From Piromyces finnis finn (Eukaryota; Fungi; Neocallimastigomycota), in the NCBI GenBank assembly GCA_002104945.1, contig MCFH01000081.1, forward strand, positions 124,001-188,000: a stretch of 64,000 bases of DNA, given 5' to 3'. Each line of letters starts with the position of its first letter. The first letter of the stretch is position 1. Position numbers and translations under genes: made by a program. The notes beneath the pieces are model-generated. The model was not told where the DNA came from, did no database searches, and saw only the letters and a list, made by a program, of their open reading frames with translations. Shown here in pieces: positions 41,212-54,853 of the stretch.

Positions 41212-43090
41212 TTAGCATAATTTTTTAATAAATTTAGCGACTTCTTTTAATTCTTTTATTTTATCTTCATAATCTTCTTTACTAGCATTATAATGTTCAT
41301 GAATCCAATTTATCATATAATTAACAGTTTTAGTTAGCTTAATTTCATCCTCTAAATTCATTGGTGTTGTTGGTGGTGTTGTTTGATATAAGTTAGGATA
41401 AAGAAAATGATTTAATTCTATTGTTTTAAGATAATTACGAAGATTGTATAAGTAATTTTCTAGGGAAATTAAAGTTTTTATTCTTTCTTTTTTCCTTTTA
41501 TCATCTTCTTTATAACTTTCTGCTTCCTTAATTAGTTTTTCAATATCCTTCTGATATAGACCTCCTTTACAATCAGAAATTGTAATTTTTTTGGAAAGAT
41601 TTGTCCCTTTTGCACTTGCAGTTATATGTAAAATACCATTTTGATCAATATCATAATTTAAATTTATTTTTACTTCTCCACGCGGAGTTAGAGTAATTCC
41701 ATTCAAAGAAAATTCACCTAAAGTAATATTATCCTTTACTAGAGTACGTTCACCCTGACATATTCGAAACTTCATGGAACTTTGATTATCACGATAAGTT
41801 CTACATTTAATCGTTTTATTTATTGGAATGGGTGAATTACGTTTTATAACTTTATGCATTATATCTCCTCTAATTCTAACACCTAATGATAATGGGATAG
41901 CATCTTGTAATTTTAAATTTTTAATGGACTCAGAAAAATCACCTAATAGGCACGCCACTTGAATAACTGCTCCACATGCGACGGCTTCATCTGGATTAAC
42001 AGTTTTTCTTAATTTTTTTCCATCAAAATAAGAGGAAACCAATTTTTGAATTTTAGGAATTCGGGTGGACCCACCAACTAACACAATTTCATCAATATCC
42101 GATTTGTCTAAATCGGCGTCAGAAAGAACTCGTTCAATGGGTTCAAGTATCTTTTCAAATAAATCTGAATTTAATTCTTCAAATTGAGCACGTGTTATAC
42201 TACTGCAAAAATCTATACCATCAAATAAATATTCAATTTCAATGGAAGCATAATCAGAAAAAGATAGAATACATTTAGCACGATCACATGCTTTTCTTAA
42301 ACGATATAATGATCTTGGATTAGTAGAAAGATCTTTGTCATATTTTCTTTTAAATTCTTCAACAAAATAGTCTACAAGACGATTTGTAAAGTCTTCACCT
42401 CCTAAATGAGTATCCCCTGCTGTAGCTTTAACCGTAAATGTATTATTATTAATGGTTAAAAGAGAAACATCAAATGTACCTCCTCCAAGATCAACAATTA
42501 AAACATTTTCTTTACCCTTTTTAGTTTCATTAAGACCGTAGGCAAGAGCAGCTTCTGTTGGTTCATTTATAATTTGTAAAACGTTTAAGCCAGCAATTTT
42601 ACCAGCATCTCTAGTCGCTCGACGTTGAGCATCATTAAAATAAGCAGGAACGGTAATAACAGCATCTTTTACTGGGGCACCTGAATAATCTTGAGCGTTA
42701 TCTTTTAATTTTGTTAAAATCATACTAGATATTTCTTCCGGAGTAAATTCTTTAAATTCATTTTTATATTCAACACGAACATAAGGTTTTTCTAATTTTT
42801 TAATGACGTTAAAACTCCATAAATCAATATCCGATTGAACATCCTCATCCCAAAAATCACGACCTATTAATCGTTTAATATTATAAATTGTATTTTTATA
42901 ATTAATTCCAGCTTTATAGAAAGCTTCATCACCAATTAATCTTTCAGTAGGAGTAAATGCAATATAAGAAGGTGTTGTACGATGACCCTTTTTTATTAGC
43001 AATAACTTCTACATGACCATTTCTCCAAGCAGCAATACATGAATAAATAGTACCTAAATCAATACCAATTGAAATATTGTAACCCATCAT
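41212..43090 (-). pseudogene. Atypical Hsp70 paralog 3 with a +1 frameshift near codon 33 (pseudogene or sequencing error)
   Basis: ATG at 43090 gives [32 protein letters not shown]. Relative to paralog 1 (gct aat gaa caa ggc aat cgt) there is one extra base at 42986-42994 (gctaataaaaaagggtcat cgt). The remaining roughly 590 codons are open. Confidence 0.8.
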
Positions 43091-43454
43091 GTTATAAATT
43101 ATATAATAATATAATATAATAAATTATTTTATTTATTTTATACTTTTTATTTTATACTTTTTTTTTTTTCAATATAATTTCAATTTATATAGTATATCAA
43201 TCATATATCCATTTAAATAATTAAATATATAAATACATGATATTAGTAATTTTCAAATAATAAATTAAAAAAAATATATTAAATAATATAAACAATGAGA
43301 CCTTTCACATCGTACATATATATTTTTTTTTTCTTATAAAAAGACATCATAAAAATTAAAAGTTTTATATAAAAAAAGAAAAATTAAAATTAAAATTTTT
43401 ATATATAATTTTAGACATTAAAATTGAATTTATTATCTCTATTATTATTAATAA

Positions 43455-43501
<47 letters not shown>

Positions 43502-44079
43502 GAATTATATATACAAATATCAAAATATTATATATATTGATTTTTATATTCTAAAGTTTTAATTTGTTACTTCAAACTCTTAAAAACTCATATATAATAA
43601 AACTAATACTGTTGTTTTTTTTTCTTCCAATTCAATTTTTTGAAGAAAGACTTTCTTATCTTCAATTCTAGCTTCTCATTATACTTTTATATATAAAAAT
43701 CAAGTTATTTTTTAGTCAAATAATACATTCAAATCTTTGATTGAATAAATACCTACATATTCTAGTATTTCATTTTCATATATAATAATTATGAATCCTT
43801 TTGAATAAATTTCAATATCATTTAATATTTCCTTTTTAATTTTTAATTTGTTATTATAAAATAATTGCTTATATACTTTTTATAAAATGTTATAAATAAC
43901 AATACTTGTTCTAATTTAAATAATTAAATTTAACAATATACCATCAAGTATTATTAATTTGTTATATATTATTATTCAGATAATTATGTAATTATTAGAT
44001 TTAATTTTGAATTCCAAAACACAATTTTAAGTCAGGACATAAAAAATGGATATATGAGAAGGAATATATAATATTTTTG

Positions 44080-44113
<34 letters not shown>

Positions 44114-46772
44114 TAAAAAAATATAAGGAATAATAATTTGGAATAATTATATTTATTATATTAATGAAATATATAACATTTAAAACCTCAATAGTGTTAT
44201 TTTTTTAATAATAATATGAATAATAACAAGAGTCAAATATGGATGAAAAAAGTATTTTTAAAATTTATAAAGTATAAAAGACTGTTTTAAATTTTAATCA
44301 ATTATTTAATTTGTTTTTAGAAATACTTTAAACATTAAATTTAAAATTAAGAAATGTTATTAAATAATTATTTCAAATACCTTAATTAATAATATTAATT
44401 ATATTAATATTATATTAAAAAAGCTAACAAAATATGATTGAAATTACTTTATAAAAATAAAAACTATATTATTTTTTTGTAAAATATAAATATATATAAT
44501 ATATATTATGTTTACATATCATAAAAAATTTCAAATAAGTATACAAAATCATATTTTTTTAAAAAATAAGCAATATGATATATAACTCTCTTGTCTTTTT
44601 TTGCTTTTAATAGTATTATCTTTTAGATTATACTAAATATTAATACGAATTTACCATTATCATTTGAAGATTCTTTAAATGATTGATCATTACTATTTGA
44701 TATATTATAAAATATACAATCACTGCATTTACTATTTAAATATGATATATATTTTTTAATAATATAAAAATTCTATTAGAATTAAGTCAAATAAATTAAA
44801 TAAACTAAACATATGTAGGCTTTATTATTGTTAATTTAACTTATTGATTAAAAATATAAAAAAATATGTTTACTTTTTTTTAAATCGTTATTTTTATAGA
44901 AACTTTGAGTTATAAGTTTCCAACATCTAATATAGTTTGGAGACAATGTAATAAATTGATTAATTTTATTTTTATATATATTTAATGGTTTTATTATAAA
45001 GATTTTAAAAGTATTTCTTTAAGAAATATCTAGGAAAAGATGTAGAACAAAAATTAGTACGATCATCATTTAAAAAATAAATAAAATTATATCGTATAAT
45101 TTATAACCTAAAAGCTATTAATTATATGGTAAGATAAAAGTTTTCATAATAATCAGTAAATCTGTATTAATTGTAAAAAAATATATTTAATAAACATTTA
45201 TAATTATTTATTTTATTTATGTACTTTTATATTTTAAAAATATTTTCATTTTTATAAATCATTTAAAAAAATTATGATTCCAAAGTAATAACAAAAAAAG
45301 AAAACATACAAAACCAATATTATTTATTAGTGACAATAGTATTATTCTTAAACCAAGCATCTTCATAAAACTCTATTTTATAATAAATAAGAGATAAAAA
45401 AATAAATTAAAATAAAAAAAAATTGTTATAAAGAAATATTTGTATATAGGATACAGGAATAGCGCCTTCTATTAAAATAAAGCATTACTTCAAATAGTTC
45501 TTTATTATTACTTTTTGAATATAATATTTTAATTTGTTCAGAAAAAGTTTTTTGAAAGCTTGAAATACTTGCATACATTTTTAAATATTTTTAGAAGATT
45601 TCAACTTCAATAAAAGAATCTTACATTTTAAAAGAACCAAGCTATTTATTTATATATTTATTTATTAATAAAAAATATTAAAAATATAAATAAATAATAA
45701 AATTACAATGATATAATAATACTATAATAAAATAACATATTTAAAAAATCAAAAACTAATACTACCTATTTAATTTTAAAAAATTAAAAACAAAAATTGT
45801 CACACATAAAATTTTCAAAAAGATTAAAGTTTATAATTTAAGTATTTGAATATACTTATTTATGAAATATGTATATATGTATATATAATTTTATTTAAAT
45901 TTTGGATTATAGACTTTATAAAATAACAAAAATATTTTCATTAATGAATAATCTATATAACATATATTTCTTTGCTTTTTTTTTTTTTTTTTTTTTTTTG
46001 GGTAATAATAATATTTCAAATATAAATATGTAAATTATTATTATTATTATTATTATATTTATTATATAATCAATACTATGATATTCATTATTTATTCATA
46101 TACCAATAAAAAAATGAAAATAAATTGCTTTTTCGAAAATAAGTTTACTTCATATAAAATATTAAAAGTTTTTAAACTGTGCTTTAATTCATCGTATAAG
46201 AAAAAAAAAATATGATGTTGAAAAATCTTAAATATTAATAAATTTTAATTATTATCTCCCATGAAATACTACTAATTATAGCACTTTTTTATTTTAATTA
46301 AAATTTGTGTAAATTTTTTTTTATATATAGATTTTCTTTTTTTGTTCATCCACAATTCCATCTTTGTTTAACACTTTTTATGTATGAATGGTTCATATCT
46401 AAATTTAGTTTGTTTTTTTTTAAATTACATATTTTTTATGAAAAAATGGAAACAAACTATAAATAATATTAAAAATCTATAAAAATAATTTATTACTTTT
46501 TTATTTTCTATAATATATATATTTTTTTTTATTTCATAATATTTTATTATATAAATTAAAGTTGTTTATGCTTTTGATTTTGTTTTTTTTCAGTATAACC
46601 TATATTTATGTGGTATTATTTTTAGAAAGTAAGTCAAAATTATTTAAGAAAGATAGAAAGTAGCATTCTAAAAAAAAAAAAATAAATTTTAAAATTTGAT
46701 TTTTAAATATATATAAAAAGATATCTTTTCTTAATTTTTATTTCATATTTATTCAAGAAAAAATATATAAAA

Positions 46773-47576
46773 ATGGGTTATCATGATAGATGTTTTGACG
46801 ATGTTACATATTTAGAATCAAAAGATCCATATCATAATAATAAACGTGATATATTAACTGAAAAGGCTATTAAAAGATACGCAGAAACAAATCCAGAATA
46901 CGAAAAGGTACTTAATAAATATTACATGCCAGATAAAAAATTACCAAGATCTACTATAAAAGAAACAAATGATAAAAAAAGCAAATCAACAGAAGTAAAA
47001 ATGAGTAACTATACAGCTAGATTAGATTCAAATTCTTCTGAAAGACTTTGTGCAAATTGTAAACAAATTATCAACGCATCAAAAAGAAAAAATACAGAAT
47101 CTAAAGTTGTTAAAAATGATGATGATTCATCTTTAATATATTGGAAAACAAAGATTGATGACAATCATGTATGTACTTTATCTTTTATAATGAAAAATTA
47201 ATTATAATTAATTATTAATTATTAATATATATTCATTATGATTAACATTCATATTAATAATGAAAAATGTTAGCCCCCAGTATTCCCACCAAAATATCCA
47301 AATGAATGTACATCTCTTATTTTACCTGCTATGTTCACTGAAGAGGAAAAGAGATACTATCAATCAAAACAACCAAAATACCCACCTGCAGAAAAAATTA
47401 GCTCAATAATAGAAATTAATTCGCCAATAAGATCAAAGCCAACTTGTCCATACAATATTATTACAGGTTTATATCATATATATAATATATAAATATTAAA
47501 ATTAAATAAAAATAATTAATAAAAAAAAACTTTACATAAATTTGTTATAGGTGAAGAATTATATGAAACTATTTAA
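46773..47576 (+). CDS. Small uncharacterised protein, 3 exons
   Basis: Exon 1 MGYHDRCFDD...KIDDNH|GTATGT; exon 2 PPVFPPKYPNEC...TCPYNIITG; exon 3 EELYETI*. Phases are consistent. Confidence 0.65.
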
Positions 47577-48805
47577 ACTGAAATATTTATAAATAAGATT
47601 CAAGATTTAATTATTAATAAATTAATATAATTAAACTTTTTCTATTTATTTACACCTGAAAATGACACAACGTATAAATTATAATTTAATAATTAATGTT
47701 GTATTATTTTTACTTTTTTTTTTTTTTTCACATATATGTATATAAATATATAAATATATATATTAATATCAATTTTTGTAACATTAAATAAATAAAAATA
47801 TATAATAAAAAAGATTATAAAAAAAAAAAAGAAGTAAAAATTACTTATTTTTTAAAATGGAAAAAAGTAATAATAATTTAAAAAAAAAAATATTTTAGTA
47901 ATGTTTTTAAATTAACATTTAATTAAAACTTTATGAAAATTATAATATATTCAATTATATAGACATTATGTTTCTATAAATCTCCCTTTTTTATTCTTTT
48001 TATAAACATTAAAAAAGTAAATTTAAATTTTATAATTATTTTTTAAAATACTTCATTCTATTATCATTATCATATTAATAATTTTAATTATTACTTTCTA
48101 TAAAATTAAATTATTGCAATGTATATCAAATTAACTTTAATAATGAATTAAAATTCGTTAATTTATTAATAATTCTAATAGTTATTAATACATTGATATC
48201 ATCATAGCTAATAATGCTTATTAAAAAGATTACATAATAATTTAAATAACCGTATTAGAATTTATATATATACAGTTATATATGATTATTGTCCTTTAAT
48301 GTTTTTTAGAGATATTTTTTAGATATTGATATTTTAATTACTGGTAAAAAAACATTTTATATATTATAATTATAAAAAATTTTTATCACTAAATTCATTA
48401 TTCTTTTTTTTTTTTTTTTTTTTTTTTTCTATTCTTTTTTATTTTATTTAGAAAAAAAAATACTTATATAATTATTATTATTATATATTTATTATTTTTG
48501 ACATATTAAAGATATTACAAAAAAAAAAAGAAATGAGAAAGAAGAATTAAACAATTGTAAAATATCTTCATTATATTAAAACATTCATATCAAATTCTTT
48601 TAAATATATAACATTTTAAAAAAATTATAATTTTTTTAATAATTAAAAAAAAAAGCACAGATACAAATAAATATTAGTACCGGTATAAACTCAAGTAGAA
48701 TAAAACTTTAATAGAAATTATTATAAAATTTAAATAACAACAACAACAAGTATAAATAAAGAAAAGAGATTAAACTGAAAAAAAAAAAAAAAAACAATAA
48801 GAAAA

Positions 48806-51800
48806 ATGGAATTATCTAACAGAAATAGGATTTCATTAAGAAGATCTTCCGAAAATTTGTTGGGAAGAAGAAAGTCAACATTTTCGGTAAAAAATGAAAA
48901 TAATTTTGTTGACATTAATAAACCCATAAGAAATTCAAGTTCATGTAACAATCATCACTAATTAATATTAGTTAATATGTTTAAAATAATGATATAATTA
49001 GAATATAATAACTAAATTCTATGTTTTTCGTCATAATATATATATATATATATATATAAATATTATAAAATAAAAATTATTACATTAAAACTCATGAATA
49101 TATTGTTGTAAAAATAGTACTTTCAATATGTTCCAATGATTTCGATCAGTTCAAAGAAGAAATAGAAAAAAGAATACAAAAAAGAGAAGAAGAAAGAGAA
49201 AAAAATAGAAAAATAATGAAAGAAGAAATAAAAAGAGAAAAAGATCTTATAAAAAAAATGCATAATATTCAAAATGGAGAAGATGAAGAAAAAGTAATAT
49301 TTTGATTATTTCTTTAATATATATATTTATATATATTATATATATATATAACTAATCCTATATATTTTATATATTGAAATTAAAATTAAAATAACTGAAA
49401 AAAGAAAAAAATATATTTTAGTGATAAAGAATTTTATGGTGTAAATTTTGAAAAACCAGAAAAAGATGAAATTATTGATTTAAAAAAAAGAAGTAAAACA
49501 GATACGAAAAGTAAAAAATTAACTAAAAAATTAAGAGAGCACCAAGGAGATATATTTATTAAAGCTTTAACAAAATGTATCAATAAAGATAATACAACAA
49601 TGATAATAGAAGAAAATGAGGAATCATCAGAAGATATTTCAAAAAATAAACGTCTTTCTATGCTATCTTCAAAGTCTGTTCAAATTAATAATGAGCAAAC
49701 AAAAACAATGTGGGATGCAGCTGATGTTTTCCCAGTTGGTATTGGAGAAACTGAAGGTATTGATATATTTCGTATTGAAGAATTAAGTGTAGCAATGATT
49801 GATCCAGATGAATATGGTTCATTTAGTACTGGTGATTGTTACATTATATTAAATACGTATAGAGAAGAAAAAGAATTAAAACATAAAATATTTCAATGGA
49901 TTGGTAAACAAGCTGAAAACGATAAATTATTTTGTTCTGCCATATATTCGGTTATGTTAAAAGGTTTAATTAATGAAACAGAAAACATTTTTAGAGAGGT
50001 AATACAAATAAAATAATATTAATATAATCTATAACATGTACTAAAATGAAAATTAAAAAAAAAAAAAAAACCGAATTAATGAATATATAAATAAATAAAA
50101 ATTGATAGGTTGAAGGTGAAGAAAGTGACGATCTTAAAGATCTTTTTAGTACTGATATAAAATATTTAGATTATAATGAAAGCGCAGAAAGTAGATTATC
50201 ATCACCATACGAAATTCAATATCCATTAAGAATGTATAAAATTTTTGATAATGGAAAATTTCATTTGGTAAATAATTTTACATTAAATATTTCTATAAAG
50301 CATTGTTAATTAATATAAATTAAAATAATTAAATAAGTATTAACTCTCTATATACTCTATATGTATTTTTTGGTATTTAAATTTTTAATAATTTTAATTA
50401 TAAATATAGGTTGAAACTAGTCATTTAATGTTTAATACTAATAATGTATTTATTATTGATAATGGATTTGAATTATATCAATGGAATGGAAAAAAATCAA
50501 GCATTAAAAATAGAGTATTTGGTAATATTTTATTAAAAAGAATTAATTCAAATGAAAGAAATAAAAAAGCCGAAGTTAAAGAATTTGAAGAATTTGAAGA
50601 AGATGATTCATTTTGGGAATTATTTGAAGAAGAAAGAACTGAAGAAAATGGTAAGTGTGTATTTTTGTATTGTTTTTTTTTATTTATTATATATATTTAC
50701 ATAAATAATAAGAAATTAAATCAATATTTTACTATTTTTATTTTTAATTAGCTGCTGAATTTGAAGAAATAGCAAATGAAAAATATGGAAAATTTTTTGA
50801 AGTTGCTAAACAACCAAGCAAATTATACAAGTATGTATTTTACTTTCTTCTTTTCTCTTTTTTCCTTAACATTATTAATAATTAAATTATTATTATATAA
50901 TATTTTAAAGGGTTCCAGATATTGAAAGTCTAGATGATATTGATTGTGAAAATTATTTAGTAGCCGAAAAATTTTTCTTTGATAAAAATTTATTGAATTC
51001 TGAAAATTGTTATGTTATGGATTGTGGGGTTGAATTATTTTTATGGACAGGTAAAAAAGCATCTGAAAATTGTCGAGATTTAGTACAAGAATTTACAGTG
51101 GTTAGTTTATTAAAAATTTTAAATCTAAAAAAAAAAATATAATTTTTAAACTAACCCTATATTACATTTCTATAGAAATTAATTCCAAATAAATTAAGAC
51201 CAAATTGGGTTGGTTTACATAGATTTAATGAGAAATCCGAAAATGAAATATTTTCTATTAGATTCTTTAATTGGGGAATGCCTGAAAATACAGATTTATC
51301 GAAATTAATTTTACCAGGTAGTTATATAATTAATTGATGAATATTAATATATCAAAAAATATTAACATAATACATAATACATGTAGACAATTGTTACAAA
51401 GGAGAAATAAAAATTGATGCTAATGCTTTGTTCAATACTAATCCCAAAAATATGAATTTCGAAAATGCTAAACAACTTAATAGCATTATGACGAATGCCA
51501 ATGATAATTTACAAGCTATTTATGGTTTCGTATTTGATCCAATAAGTTGTAACTTTATGGAAATCACTGAATCTGAAATTGGACAATTTTATAGTAAAAA
51601 TTCATATATCTTTTTGTGTATTTATAAAGTTAATAATGATACAGAAGACGGCGATAATGAAAATGATTCTGATGATTCTGATTATGAAAATGATAGCGAA
51701 TTAGCACAATTTCAATCCACAAAAAGTCATACAATTATTGGTAAAAAGAAAACATTCAACCATAAAATGAATTGTGTTGTTTATTTCTGGCAGGGAACCA

Positions 51801-53551
51801 TGGCAAATAGATTTGCATGGCTATCCTTTTTATATTCTAAAAAAGATCAAATTGAAGCAGGAACTTTAGCAGCCTACAACGAACCATTACATGTTATTAT
51901 CTTAAATCAAGGAAATGAATGTCTTCCCTTCCTCTCCCATCTAAATAACTATTGTGTTTATTATAAAAATAAGAGATTAAACTATTATGACGAAGCAAAT
52001 ATTGTTAATCCACTGTCTTACACCTGTTCTAACGAGAATATCAATATGGAAGACGAGGACGATAAAAGTATTATTTATAAGAAGCAAACTCTAAGAATGT
52101 TCCACATACAAACAAATCAAAAATATAAAACAACTAGAGCATGGGAAGTTGATATTAAAGCAGAATCATTAGTAACCAGAGACTGTTTTCTTGTTATTTA
52201 TAATAATTTAGATTTTATTCAACGAGATAGTGAATGTAATTCCGAATTAGATGATAATGGATCTACTAATAATGTAAATGAAGAAGAAATTAAAAATGAG
52301 GAAATGAAAAATAATTTTAATTCTATGAAAGAAGAAGAAGAAGGAGATATATCTATAGATTTAGGACGTAAATATTCTGTGGATAGTTACGCTAGTACTG
52401 TCACTAGTATCAATCATAGAAATGAAAAACCAGCGGGAGAAAATGGACCATTTATTTGTGATTTATGGGTTGGTAAAGGTGCAAGTAAAGATGAAGTTAG
52501 AAGAGCCATTGATATATCTAAATGGATATCTGAATTAATGGCTAGTGATGAACCTTTGAGTGTTAAAAAACCTGATAATTTTGGTTTTGATTTAAATACC
52601 ATTCAAAATTCAAACCTTTCTATTCTTGATGGCAAATATACTCTTAATTTAATTCAAGAAGGTAGTGAAAGTGATCAATTCTGGAATAATTTAGGAGTGA
52701 ATGTTAATGCAGAAAGTAATGTACTATCCACCTCTTCATCGTTTTATGGTACAGATAAGAGAAGAACTTTAATAAAGAATTATTCTTCCTCCTTCCTTTT
52801 GAACATGAAAAAAAAAAAGTTAAATATATACTACGGTAAAGGTACTGAATCATGGTATATGAAACCTCCAAGATTCTTTAAGTGTGATTGTAGTCAGGGT
52901 TATTTTTCAGCCAGAGAAATAGAAAACTTCTGTCAATATGACTTATCCGATGACTCTTGTATTATTTTGGACAGTAATTCACCTGGAAAAATTTATGTAT
53001 GGATTGGACGTAATAGTAGTGATGTTGTTCGTAAACTTACTCAAAAGAGTGTAGAAGTATGGCTTACCAATATCGATGATGGTAGATGGTATGATAGTAA
53101 CTTTTTAACCTTAAGTAAAAATTCAGATGAAGCACCAACAACCACCAATAATTCTATAAATAATATTAAACAGACACAAAACGAAACAGAATCAGATAAC
53201 AGCCATACTTCAAATATCCAAGAAAAGAAGGAAGATGATATTATTGAAAAGCTTAATAACTGTTTAGAAGAGGACCCATATATTAAACGTATGAGAGAAA
53301 GAAGAGAAAGAAAAACTAAGAAAGCACCAAAAAAAAGTGATGTAGTTATTGAATATCAGGGTGAAGAATCGATCGATTTTAAATCTTTCTTCTTTGGATG
53401 GTCAGAAGAAGTTTCCAAAAATATAAATTATGATCCAGGAAATTCATACATAAAAGAAATGGCTAAGAAGAAAAAACAAAGAGAGGAATTATGTAATACA
53501 GCAGAATATTATGAGCCTTTGATTTATAGATTATGTAATGTTGACGAATAA
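48806..53551 (+). CDS. Gelsolin/villin-family actin-binding protein, Flightless-I-like gelsolin domains, with N-terminal coiled coil and no LRR
   Basis: IGETEGIDIFRIEE...YGSFSTGDCYIIL...IFQWIGKQAENDKLFCSAIYSVML...REVEGEES resembles FLII G1. NFCQYDLSDDSCIILD...IYVWIG and EYQGEESIDFKSFFFGW are gelsolin repeats. About 9 exons; the first exons are less certain. Confidence 0.85.
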
Positions 53552-54015
53552 AGTTTAACACCTTCATAATTATTCAATCTGTGGTATTGAATCAATAGAA
53601 ATATTAGAATTATTGTTGAAAAATATTAATCCTTTTTTCAATGATAATCAATACTTTTATTATTTTTTTTATTATATGTATACATAATAAAATATGTTTT
53701 TATTTTTCTAAAGAATTTAATATATAGTAAAGAATGAATGTGTTTATATATAGATACCATTATAATATTTATATCTATTAGTTTTTTTTTTTAAAAAAAA
53801 AAATTATTATTATTAAAAAAAATACCTAATTAAATACATAAATAAATTAAAATAAAAAATAATAAACTATATAAAATATATATATATATAAAATTATTTT
53901 GATAGTTTGTTGAAAATATTATTTTTTTTTTCTTTAAACTTTAAGTGTTTACAAAATAATATTAAATACATAAAAAAAAAAGTCAAACAAAAACAACAAT
54001 TTTAATAATAACAAA

Positions 54016-54808
54016 ATGCTCGTTCCACCTGAACTTTTTGGTTTAGTAGAAAAAGATATCTACCGTTCCAATACATTAAAACCTGAAAATTTTCCATTCA
54101 TAAAAACTTTAAATTTAAGAACAGCTTTACTTTTATCACCTGAAATTCCTACAAGAACAGTATCTTTTTTTTTTGAAGAATCTGGAATAAAACTTGTAAA
54201 TATTTTTTTTTATACAATAGGATAAAATGACTTTAGATAACAAAAAATATTATAGATATTTTTTTTTCTAATTTGAAATGTAATTTCAAATTAAAATTAT
54301 ATTCAAAAACAAAACATTTTATATACATTTATTATCACCTTCTTCCCTAATTTATTTTATTACTATTATTATTATTATTAAGTAAATAAAGTTGTCTAAT
54401 GAATTTTTTTTATTTTCTAATCAAATTAATTATAATATTAGGTTCATCTTGGTATAAAAACTTGGAAGCCAGATATTGAATGGAGACCAGTTAGTGATGA
54501 ATTAATAAAAGAAGGTATTGAATTTATTTTAAATGAGCAAAATCATCCAACTATAGTTATATGCACGTATGTACATTAACAAGAATAGGTTTTTAACCTT
54601 TAATTAATGATATTAATTCAAAACTTATATTGAATAGTTACAATTATTAATTAAATTATTATAAATAATTACTAAAAAAGGTCAGGTATACATGAGACTG
54701 GAACCTTGATTGGATGTTTTAGAAAATTACAAAAATGGAATTTTAATTCAATATTATTTGAGGTAATTCTTACAATTAAATATTAATATCATATAAATAA
54801 AACACACA

Positions 54809-54853
<45 letters not shown>

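Noticed and set aside
37817-43600. Heat-shock elements (nGAAnnTTCn arrays) upstream of the Hsp70s
   Set aside because: I saw no convincing triple inverted nGAAn array by eye; a formal motif scan was not possible.
43600-45660. Possible decayed coding or transposon relics on the minus strand (about 43620-43840 and 45430-45650)
   Set aside because: Only short open stretches with no recognisable motif, terminal repeats or target-site duplications.
46773-47201. GATA zinc finger (CANC ... W ... C)
   Set aside because: There is no second CxxC at 17-18 aa spacing, and the later Cys falls in intron sequence.
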